A stretch of 64,000 nt of DNA from Rebecca billardiae RCC1528. Taxonomy: Eukaryota > Protista > Haptophyta. The notes under the pieces are model-generated. The model saw only the letters and a list, made by a program, of their open reading frames with translations, searched no databases and had not been told where the DNA came from. The stretch covers positions 62,001 to 126,000 of the forward strand of contig OZ251241.1 of NCBI GenBank assembly GCA_965240325.2, in the 5' to 3' direction. This document shows, one piece after another, positions 22,100-32,012 of the stretch. Each line of letters opens with the position of its first letter. Positions within the stretch are counted from its first letter, which is position 1. Made by a program: the position numbers and the translations under genes.

Positions 22100-24400
22100 C
22101 AGGTGAGCGCGGCGCTCGGCGGTTCGGCCGCCTCGCCCTTCGTCACCAACCAGGGCCTCGACGCGCTCCGCCAGCTCGAGCTCGAGCCGCTGGTGCAGGG
22201 CATTGTGGCGTCCATTGGCATTGCTGCGCACGCGCGAGCGGCGCGCGCAGGCGCGGCGGCATGCGCGGCGGAGGCGGAGGCGGAGGCGGCGGGGGCGGCG
22301 GCTGAAAGGAGCGAGGGCGGTGGTGGCGGCGCGGACGAGGGAGGCGCGCCGGACGGCATGTCCGTCCTCACCTTCGCTGGCGGCGGCCGCCCGCGCGCCG
22401 CCGCCGCCGGTTCGGCCGCCGCCGCCGCGCCGCGCGCCAACGGCGTATCTACGCTGGCAGTGTGCTGCTGTGCTCGCTGTGGGCCATGTGGGCAGTGCCA
22501 GGTGATGCGGCCGGACGCGCCGACGCTGCGCGCGTACGAGGTGGCGCAGCTGCTGCTCGAGGTGATCGCGCACTGCGCGCTCGACCCTGCCGAGTCTGAC
22601 GCGTGCGCCACCCTCTCCGCAGGCTGCATCGCTAATCTGACCTACCGGTCAACAGGCCTCTGTCTGCGCTCGCACCGCGCGGCGGCGTGGCGCGCGGCCG
22701 ATCGAGCGCGGGAGCCTGGGCGGCGGGGCACGTGATGCCCGAGCGGCTGGCTGGCGCACTCGCCCAGCGCCGCCGCGCACACTGCCGCCGACCTCGCGCG
22801 CACGCCCTCCGTCACCTCCTCCGTCGGCGGCGGAGGGAGCGTCGCCTCGCCGCCCACGCCGCCGCCCAGCCAGGGTTTGTCATCCGCGAGCGCTCGCCCG
22901 CGCGGCGCGGCGGGGCGGGTCGGAGGCAGCGGCGTGAGAGTTCGGCGTCGAAGGGCGGCGCGGAGGGCGGTGGCGCGCCGCCGCCGCCGCCCGACGGGCT
23001 GCCGCCCTCGCCGCTCACCGCCGCGATCGCCGCCGACGACGGCGGCGACGGCGGCGGCTGGTCGCTCGAGGCGGCGCGCGCGGGCGGCGCAGCGCGCGCC
23101 GGCCCCGGGGCGCCGCCTGGGTGGTGAGACCGGCGCTGGGGGGCGGGGCGGGCGAAGGCTGTGGCGGAGGCGGTGGCGGTGGCGGAGGCGGACGCGGACG
23201 TCACGCAGTCCGGGCTGCACTGGCTCGTCCACCTCCTCTCCGCACTCGACCCGCCGCCATCGCCGACGACGCAGCAGCCGGCGACGGCGCGGCGGGCGCG
23301 GGCGCGTCCGACCGAGGCGGGCGCGCGCCGCGCGCACCGCGGCGGCGGCGCGGAGCGGCGGCAGCTGAGCGGCGCGCTGCTGCACACGCAGTGGCACTGC
23401 GCGTGCGCGCGTCAGAGGCTGCGCGAGCGCGCCACCGCCGACGCCGTCGCGCCGCCGCCGCCCCCGCAGCACCGTGCCGCCGTCGCAGAGGCCGCGCTGC
23501 AGTCGGTAGACGCGCGCGCCGCGCCACGGCCGCGTGCGAGCGCCGCGCGCACGCGGCCGCCGCGGCCGCCCTACCGCCACCGTCGAGATTCAAGATCAGC
23601 GCGGGCGTGCGCCGCGGCTCGCGTAACGCGCCGCCGCCGCCGCCGCCGCTCCCCCTGCCCCCACCCGCCCTCCTGCCCGCCCCGTGCGCGCCTCGACGGC
23701 GCGCGCCTCCAAAATAGGCGCACCTCTGCACCGCGCCCTCGTGGCGGACGGCGGCGCACGCGGCCGTGGCCGTGTGGGCGCTGGCGCGCGACCCAACGTA
23801 CGCGGGTGCGCTCGGCCGCGCGGGTGCGCTCGCGCGTCTATGGGGCTCGCTCGAGGGCGCGCTGTGCGCGCTCGCCGCACCGCAGCTGCCCGCGCCGCCG
23901 CAAGCCGCAAGCCGCAAGCCGTGCGCGCGCCGCGGCCGCAGCCGAGGCGGGCGGCGGCGGCGCGCGGCGCGGAGGCGCCGCCGCCGCCACCGCGCGCGGC
24001 GCAGCGGCTTCTCGCGCAGTGGGCGGGCGCGGCGCTGTGGCTGCTCTGCGCGCAGCGTGGCTGCGCACACAACGCGCGGGCGAGCTCGCGTGCACCCCCA
24101 GCGCCGCCGCCCTCCTCGTCGCCTTCGCCCGAGGAGACTCACCGCTGCCGGCGCGCGGCGGCGGCGGCGGCCCACCATCGCCAGTCCCCTCGTCGGCCCC
24201 TCCCTCCCCCTCCTCCTCCCCAAACTCGTCGTCGCTCGACTCCTCCAGGTTGACAAGGGGCTCATCCTCCTCGTCCTCGACGTCGTCGTCCTCCTTGGCA
24301 TCGTGTCCACCGGCCGCGGCAGTACGATCAGGAAGGGGATGAGGGGGGCAATCCGCTCCAGCGCCGAGCATGCCGTTGGCGTTCGTCGAGTCGTGAAGGG
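22100..24400. pseudogene. Captured host-gene fragments (ARM/HEAT-like helical pieces on +, acidic fragment on -)
   Basis: Host-like very high GC. Protein-like pieces in shifting frames: YEVAQLLLEVIAHCALD..AGCIANLT, GLHWLVHLLSAL, VAVWALARDPTYAGALGRAGALARL, AGAALWLL. Minus-strand DEPLVNLEESSDDEFGEEE. Confidence 0.55.
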
Positions 24401-24824
24401 CAGCCCCCTCGCCCGGGGCTGCACCCTCCATGCCCTACATCCGCTCGCGCTCGCGCCAACCGGTCCCGCCCGCGACCCGACACGCTGTGGCGTGTGGGTT
24501 GTCCGTTGTCGTGGCTGGGTAGCTACAAAGTGAGTCGGTGTGGGTAGCTCAACTGCCTGGGGCATCTTGGCGCGTGAAGCTTGGGTTGCGCTCCTACGGG
24601 GGCCCTCAAACTAGTCTTCGGCTGGGCAACGCTTCGGCGTGGGAGCTGTGAATGACAGTATTGCAGGACATTCGTTGGATTCCTCTGCTTGGGTGACCTT
24701 CTGACACCTTGTCTGGTCAATTGTGGTTCGTTGTTGAGCAGGCTACCAGTTCGCACCTCGTTGGGCGCGAAAACGCCCTGGAACTGGATTGCACCCCGTT
24801 TGGGTACCAGATAGCACTTCATCT

Positions 24825-26609
24825 GAGGCGCTCTGGCTTGGTGAACTGGTTCCGCAGCGAGAGGGTGGATTCCTGGGTGTGTAGGGAGTCGTCCCCCATC
24901 TTGATGGCGTACTTGGCGCTCCTGCGCTGCCTCTCTGCCGCCTGTTCGGGGGACTCGTCGTTGCCAGGGGTGGGATCCAGGCGCGCCTCCAGGGCTGCTC
25001 TGCGGGCGCGCTCTATTACCAGCCTCCTGACAGGGAGGGGCCCTGACTGCAGGAGAGCCCCTGCAGTGTCCACCAGCCCATATGCTGCAGGGAGCCAGAC
25101 GTTCTTTCCTAGCATGTGTGATGGGTCCATGCCATCTACAGCCACTCGCTTGGCTGCCCAGTCCGCACACAGGTTGCATACAGTGCGGTCCACGTCTTCG
25201 GAGGAAGGTTCGGTGCCCACGAAGGCCCTGGTGGCTCTGCGCAGCGATGCCAGCTGGGGAGGGGGCACTGTGTAGGTGCCGCCCGACGCGTCCGGTTCCG
25301 GCTGGAGAATTTCGCGCACCATATCGTCCAGTGATGGTCCACCCCTTCCGCGTGAGTGGCCGCTCATTTGGGGGTAGTACATCCAGGTGGTGCCGCGAGA
25401 GCACTCGTCAATCACATGCAGGAGCCTGGACATGTGCGGGTTGTGGGCCTGATTCTTGCTCATTCTGGGCTCCCAGCCTGGGGGGCGGGTGGTATTTGGC
25501 TGGGCTGCCTGGCCCCCTGCTGCGGAGTCCAACGCTGGCCTGGCCCAGAGGAGGTGCTTGAGTGCATCGTCGCAGTCCCAGCTGACATGAATGGTGCTAC
25601 CTGGTAGGCCAGCCAGGAGTTTGGTGAGGAGTGTGGCAGATGCCACCTCCGAGTTGGCTGCAGTCTGCTGCCCGTGGTATGTGGCACTTGCCAGGCGCAC
25701 GCACTCCTGGTCTCGCAGCCGGCCTGCGCCACGGGCATGTACAATGTAGGCGGCCCCAGCGGCCCCTGTGGCTGTGTCTGGCTTGTACGACCCATCTACC
25801 CCCGCTGTGACGGTGGCTGCTGCCTGGGTCACGTCTGCTGGTGCAGTGGGCACATCTGTCTCATAGGCGGCCGTTCTGGCTTCCTGCAGATGGGCGGTGT
25901 ACAGGAAATTTGCGGGGCTCGTGGCCAGTTTTACCGCAGTGCGGACAATGAGGCCTGCCATTGCTTCCGCAGCTCCTGCGTGGTGCTGCACAGCCGTCCA
26001 CACCATGCTGCTGCCAGTGTGTGTGAGATGGCTGAGAGCTGGGGTGCCCTGTGCGTTGAGCAGGCGTTCCATGGACGTGCCATTATCGCTCAGGATGCTG
26101 CGCTCCATCAGGCTAGGCTGGCCGTCTCCCCCTGCACTTGCAGCCTGCAGCAGGGTGCCCATGGGGGTGTCGCCCAGGGCTGCGTAGTCCCGCGCGTCCC
26201 AGTCCGCTAACAGCTCCACGAGTCTCTCCTGATCAGAGGCCCTGCTAGGGATGAGGGGGGACCTGCAGGCCTCTCGCAGGGTCAGGTTGGCCAGTGTTGC
26301 GGAGCAGGCCAGCAGCCATGGCTCTGTGCCCCTGGGCGCGAGCGACAGGGCCTCCATTCCGCCTCTCACTGCAGGGGGCGCCAGTGTTCCGTTGGCCGGT
26401 TGTTGTCGGTGTGCCTCCAGGCAGGTCCTGGTGAGCAGGCCCACTTGTGTGGGGCTGTTGGCAGTCCGAAGGAGGGCAGCCGCTTGCACCCCGGCCTGCA
26501 GGGCGCTCGGCTCCTCCGGGCCTATCCCCCCCGTCTGAGTCAATATAATGACCGCGTTCCGCGCGGTCTTTTTCCGTAGAACGAACGTAGTTCGGGGCCC
26601 GCGGTGCAC
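24825..26609 (-). pseudogene. LINE ORF segment with RNase H domain
   Basis: 596-aa ORF with D-E-D-H-D RNase H residues. It joins in frame to the downstream segment (..FTKPERL-TKFVLRCC..) when element D and one TSD copy are removed. Confidence 0.85.
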
Positions 26610-26672
26610 CCTCCGTCGGCTGCTGTCTCAGTCTGACATGTGTAACAGTTCGCCTGAGCTGCCACCGCCAAC

Positions 26673-27914
26673 TCAGTCACTGCCGCCCACCGGGCCGGCG
26701 GGCCGAGGACTGTCGCCGCGGGCCGCCGCGGGGACTAGCGGCCGGCGCGCGCGCGCAGGCAGGGCGAGAGGCGCTGGCGCGGCGCGAGCCGGCGCGTGCG
26801 CGCGAGCGGGCGCACCTGCTTGAGGTACTCGCCCTGCGCCATGCGCTCGACGACGGGCCGCTGGTCGCTCGTGCCGGCAGAGCGAGAGCGCGCGCCACTG
26901 CTGGCCCCGGCCTGCCGGCTGCGCAGCCTCGCACCGAGACCGACCGAGCGGAGCTCGGGGCGGTGGAACGAGGCGAGCGGCGCGTCGCGCCTGCCGCCGC
27001 GCGTGCGCGCCTGCTCCACCGCGCCGCCGTGCTCGCCCGCCGCCTCCTCCGCCGCGTCGGCTTCGAAGACGGCGGCTGCCAGCGGCAGGCTGAGCCGCGC
27101 GCGACTCACTCACACTGTGAGTCACACCCGCGGTCGCCTCGACAGCCATCTATCCACAGCTGCTCGAGCTGCTGGAGGGCGCCGCGACGATGGCAGCGCG
27201 GGCGCCCAGCGCGTCCGTTGCCACGTCGCTCAGCTCGTCGAGCTCGGCGCCGCACTTCGCCAGCTTGGCGCCTAGCGCCTCCGCGTGTCACGTGCTCGTG
27301 CACGTCAGCCTGCTGATACGCCGCGGGTAACGCCGCCGCCCATCGGCACTTCTGGCATCTGCGCGCGCAGCTGCTGCAGCTCGACGGCGGAGTCGTCGCG
27401 GCTGGCGGCGAGGGTGCGCTCCGCGTCGATTGCCGAGGCCTGCAGCCCGGTGATCGCCGCGTCGACGCGCGCGGCGATTTCCCCACGCAGCTCCTCGCGC
27501 CACGTGGCCGCCGCTCGCGTGCAGGCAGCTGGGCGCCGCTGCGCGACCCGGGGTCCCGGAACCGGCGCGCGTTTCACTGATGCTCCTGCTCGTCCTCACG
27601 CTGCTGCACCTCCGCGCCGCCGTCGACCGAGTTGAGGAGGAGCTCGCGCTCAGCGTCGAGGCGCGAGCTCGCGTGCTTGAGCTCGCCCTTCAGCCGCGCG
27701 AGCTCCGGGCGCATCCGGCTCATCAGCTCTGCCGCGCCGGCCGCCGCTCGCTCGGCGGTCGCTCTGCTCCGGGCGGCGAGCGACGAGCTCGCGTGCTCCG
27801 GACTCGGCTCGCCCTTGCGCGCTGCTCCTCGAGTGACGAACGCGCCCGCGGGCAGGCTGTTGCCCGTCGCCCCCGCCGCGATCTCGCCGCCCCCGCCGCG
27901 ATCTCGTCGCGCAT
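26673..27914 (-). pseudogene. Degraded coiled-coil gene fragment
   Basis: Coiled-coil-like pieces (ELARLKGELKHASSRLDAERELL; WREELRGEIAARVDAAI; ALGAKLAKCGAELDEL) are separated by stops and frameshifts. Local duplication of CGAGATCGCGGCGGGGGCG near 27870-27910. Confidence 0.45.
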
Positions 27915-28817
27915 GCTCGGTGCGCGGCGCGACGCAACCGTGGTGCGCGCGCTCCGTGCCTGGCGCGCGCCTAGTAGCGGCAGCGATATAGGCTTGTTTT
28001 ACTATGGCCATGTGCTTATTTACTATGGTCACAGTCTACCCACAATTACCCACCCTCGCACACTTGGACGTGGGCGGGTAATCGTTGATTCCTCTGACTA
28101 TCAAAAGAGCGGACGCGTCCATTTCTCGCTGCAATGGATGTCTCTTGCGGTCTCAAAATTCGAAACTCGGTCTCCTCCAGCCCTGAAAATCGTCCCCCAT
28201 GGCCCATCCCTTTTTTCTTTGATCAAAGATCTTTTTGAAACGTGGTTAGGGCCCACGGAGCGGGCTCCACGCTGCGCGCTCCGCCCTGCACCGCGGGCCA
28301 TAAGCCGTATGGCCCGCGCCGGGTCGATTGTAGGCGACCGTACGCCGTACGTATTAACCGTTTATTATAACGCCGTACGGTCCGCGTACCTCGGACGCCG
28401 TTGTCGTCCGTAAGAGTGTCGTAACTGTGAGCCTGTCAGTGATCCAGTGACACTCGGTCTCGGACTCGGTCAGACTCGGTCACTCGGAGTCACGGACACG
28501 GTGTATGTTGAGTGTGTTGACCACCGTGCCCGTGGCCCGCAGCGGGCACGGGGCCCACCGCCCCGGCCCGCGGCCCCACGCGGTTGGCAGCGTGCAGCCG
28601 TGCGCATGGCCGTGCACGGTGTGACAGCCGGCGCGAGCAGTGGCCGTGGCGCGCCGGCCGGGCCTTGACGGGACCCGTGCGCAGGTGGCCACAGCCCACA
28701 CTCCCACTCGCCATCAGAGGCGGCCAGGCGGGCCATCATTGGACGATCGGCGGAAGCCAAAGGCCACGACATCGTGCGTTGCTGCACGTCGGCGTCGATG
28801 GGCGGCTCGCGCGCGCC

Positions 28818-30790
28818 CTACTCGTAGCCTAGCCGGCAGATGGGGTTGTTCTTCACCATCGCCACGTTCACCTTGTGCCCGAACAGGTCGCGGATGTTGT
28901 TGAGCTTGTACCGGATCATGGTCGGCCTGCGCGCGAGAGCGCGCGGGGCAGGGCGCGCGTTGAGCGCCGCGCGCGATCGGCCGAACGCGGCGCGGCGGGC
29001 GCGCACCGCTCGAGCGACAGCCCCCACGCGATCACGCTCACGTCCTCGTCGAAGCCCATCGGGCGCAGCATCTCCGGCCTGAACACGCCCGAGTTCCCCA
29101 CCTCTACGATCTTCTGCAGCCCCTCGTGCCACGCGTGCACCTCGAGCGACGGCTCCGTGTAAGGGTTGTACGTGGGCTTGAACTTGAGGCCCGACATGCC
29201 CAGCCGGCCGAAGAACTCCTGCAGCACGCCGAGGAGGTGGCCGAGGGTGAGGTTGCGGTCGATGATGAAGCCCTCCACCTGGTGGAACTCCGCGAGGTGC
29301 GTCGCGTCCAGCGCCTCGTTGCGGAACACGCGGTCGACCGAGAAGTACTTGCCCGGGCTGAAGCCGTCCGCGCCGCGCGAGCGCTTGGCGTGCTGCGCGA
29401 GCTCGAACAGCGTGCGCGAGGAGATGGCGGTGGTGTGCGTGCGCAGCAGGTTCTTCCTGCTCTCCTCCTCCGACCAGTCGTACCGCCACCCCGTCGAGCC
29501 GAAGCCGCCCTCCGCGTGCATCCGCTTCACGTCTGCCAGGTAGTCCGCCGGCACGCGCAGCGTGCGCGCCGGCTCCTGCGCGCGCGGCGCGGCGCGGCGC
29601 GGGCCGTGCGGCGGTCGGAGCAGCGCACGCGCCGGGGCGTGAGCGCGCCGAGCGCGCTGAGCGCGCGCGCGCACTCGGGCCGCGCGCACTCGGGCCGCGC
29701 GCCTCGCGCACGGCGCGCGCGCGCGCGCCTTGACGAAGAACGTGTCGTGCATGTCGCGCGCCGGGTGCTGCTGCGGCTGGAAGAGCGCGTCAAAGTTCCA
29801 GAAGGAAGACTCGACGTACCGGTTGGTGGCCATCTCCTGGAAGCCCATCTCGAGGAAGATCTGGCGGAACTGCGTGCGCACCTTCATCAGCGGGTGGAGG
29901 TGGCCGCTGCCGGGGTCCTTGCCGAGCGCGTCGAGGTTGACGGGCTTGAACGAGTGCGCGGACCACGTGCCCTGCGCGATCATCTCCGCGGTCAGGTCCG
30001 CGGCCGCCTGCGCGGGCGGCAGCCGCGAGGCGGCGCGGCGCACGGCGCGCGCGCGTCAGCCGCTCGCCCGGCCAGGCCGCGCGCCCTGCTCGCGCGCGTG
30101 CACCGCGCGCGCACCGTCTTGCCCGAGCCCCAGTCCGCGAACGCGCCGCCCGGCACCAGCTTGAAGCTCGTGATCGTCGAGACGGTGAGCAGCTTACGCT
30201 TCTGCAGCGCGCCCACCGCCTCCGCACCGACGCCCTCCGCGCGCCCGTCTCGCACGGCGACGAGCTGCTGCTTGACGACGTCCTCCATCGTGTCCGCCTT
30301 GCGGTGGACGAACGGGCCGTCGGGTGTCTTCTCCATCCGGATGAGCTGCGCCTGCATCGCCTTGGACACGCCCACCTTGGCGACGGCGCCGAGCAGCTCG
30401 GCCAGCGTGGCCTGCGCGATGCCGCTGCCCGCGGGCACAGCCGCAAAGACCTGGGCCTCGGGGCTGCCCTGCTCGGCGTAGCTCGCGCCGTCGCTGGTGA
30501 GCGCGATGGACGGGCGCTCCCGCGCCGTCTTGGCGATGTACCTGCGAGCGGAAGAGGGGTGGGGGTCGTGGAGGCGGCGAGCGTCGTGTCACGCCGGCGA
30601 CGGCGCAGCGCGCGCGGCGCGCTCGGCCGCGAGTGGCGGGTGCGACGCACTCTTTGGCGGTGAGGCTGTTGCATACGCCCACGAGGGTGTTGTGGTCCGC
30701 GCCGAGCTCTGTCGCCAGGTCCAGCGTGTCCTCCACGCACCCGCCCGCCTCGAGCCTGCGCTTGATCTCCGCTTGCAAGTCCACCGCCAT
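28818..30790 (-). CDS. FARSA: Cytosolic phenylalanyl-tRNA synthetase alpha subunit (multi-exon)
   Basis: [33 protein letters not shown]; [10 protein letters not shown]; [22 protein letters not shown]; IAWGLSLER|PTMIRY. Includes GC-AG intron 29728..29576. Confidence 0.97.
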
Positions 30791-31000
30791 GATGATGCGG
30801 ACCGTCGATTTCACGATGCGGGATTGCGGGCGCGGCCGCGTGCCACCAGGAAGGAAGCCACTGCGCCGAGCGGCCACCGGCCGGGCGCGAAAAAAGCCGC
30901 GGGAGTCGGGACACGGAAAAAGAGGGCCAATCATTGCTGTACGACAACTCGATCTAATAAAAGACGCCGGAGCCGGGCGGAGCGCGTTCCGATCGGCACG

Positions 31001-31654
31001 ATGGCGATCGCGATGATTCGTCCGGCCTCGCGACTGGCCAGCGCACACCGGCTGGCGCGTGCGCCGCTCGCGCGGGGCGTGACGGCGCTCACGCTCGGCC
31101 AGGCTCGCCGGCTCGACGACGTCGTCAAGCTCGAGCTCCTGCAGAAGGAGCCCGCCCCTGCCATCCGCCAGATCTGGGAGGCATACCATCAGGACGCGCC
31201 CGCATGCGTGGCGCTCACGCTCGACGCGGAGGCGCACGCGCGGCTGCGCGAGCGGCTACAGGAGTCGCCCATGTTCGTGACGCCGGTGCCGCGCGAGGGC
31301 GGCTACTTTGTCCTCGCCGTGCAGCACCAGCAGCGCAGCCTCTGCTTCACGTACCTCGAGGAGTACAACAAGTCGCCGCACACCGCGCAGCCGTGGCTGT
31401 TCGCGACGGTGTACGACGAGCTGGTCGCGGACAAGGGCCTCGCGCTCGCGCGCGGCGAGTTCGCGCCGCACCTGCTCAGCAAGCCCGAGGCGCAGCGCGC
31501 GCTCGAGCGCCTCCTCGCCGTGTACACGAGCGACCGGTACGACCGCGCGTGGATCTTCAACCACGCGCCCGCGCACTTCGACTTTGAGGCGTACGTGCAG
31601 GCGGAGCTCGAGGCGGACGCGCAGATGGCCAAGCTGGACGCGGCCGCGCAGTGA
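31001..31654 (+). CDS. ATP11: Mitochondrial F1-ATPase assembly chaperone Atp11/ATPAF1
   Basis: Mitochondrial-type presequence; LDDVVKLELL..IRQIWEAYH..SPMFVTPVPREGGY..FTYLEEY..YDELVADKGLALARGE. Confidence 0.9.
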   Translation: MAIAMIRPASRLASAHRLARAPLARGVTALTLGQARRLDDVVKLELLQKEPAPAIRQIWEAYHQDAPACVALTLDAEAHARLRERLQESPMFVTPVPREGGYFVLAVQHQQRSLCFTYLEEYNKSPHTAQPWLFATVYDELVADKGLALARGEFAPHLLSKPEAQRALERLLAVYTSDRYDRAWIFNHAPAHFDFEAYVQAELEADAQMAKLDAAAQ

Positions 31655-32012
31655 CGTGGCGCTCCCCACGCGCGCGCGCGGCGGCCCTGGTGGGCCTGAG
31701 GACTTCGCGGACACTGAGGACTCAGGCGGTTGTCGGTCGCGCCACACTAGTCAGCGGAGAGATCGAAATGACGGCAACCAAAAAAAGAAAAGCGCTTTGC
31801 GATTGCGCACTTGCGCAAGCACTGCGCAGGACTGCTCACCAAGGAGCCATCAAGGAAGCACTGCGCGCACGCGCTGCTGGTTTTCGTCAGCTGAACAATG
31901 CGGCCGGACCTCTCGCGCTGACGCCGCGGCAAAGGCCGCCGCTGCCCTGGCTTGACGTCCCCGGCCGACGCGAGCATCATGGCGCACTGAGGGCTGCGCG
32001 CGGCTTCACCCG

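Larger units (their letters stand above)
20575..24824. mobile_element. 4.25-kb non-autonomous TIR element D carrying host-gene fragments (Pack-MULE-like)
   Basis: TIR AGATG(G/A)AGTGCTATCTGGTACCCAAACGGGGTGC, near perfect for ~34 bp and imperfect to ~85 bp. Exact 9-bp TSD GAGGCGCTC at 20566-20574 and 24825-24833 (alternatively a 7-bp TSD with CAG..CTG ends). Confidence 0.92.
18273..26670 (-). mobile_element. 5'-truncated non-LTR retrotransposon (post-RT region, RNase H, Zn-knuckle, OTU-like protease, long 3' UTR), interrupted by TIR element D
   Basis: CpG-poorer composition than host genes. Post-RT-like TQTGGIG; RNase H motifs VDGS..ANSE..SWDC..SGHS..CNLCADWAAK; CLFC-x-HVFCDC knuckle; OTU-like DVDGTGANCGFLAV..HWRGHY. 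No RT core present. Boundaries approximate. Confidence 0.8.

Noticed and set aside
15906-26682. 12-bp direct repeat ACTCAGTCACTG as the LINE TSD
   Set aside because: It lies more than 2 kb from the inferred 3' end and such words are common in local intergenic tracts; not excluded, but unsupported
27991-28010. GGCTTGTTTTACT as a TIR related to element B
   Set aside because: No inverted partner was found
28292-28335. 11-bp-stem hairpin as a Helitron 3' end
   Set aside because: It is followed by GTAG rather than CTRR, and no matching 5' end was identified
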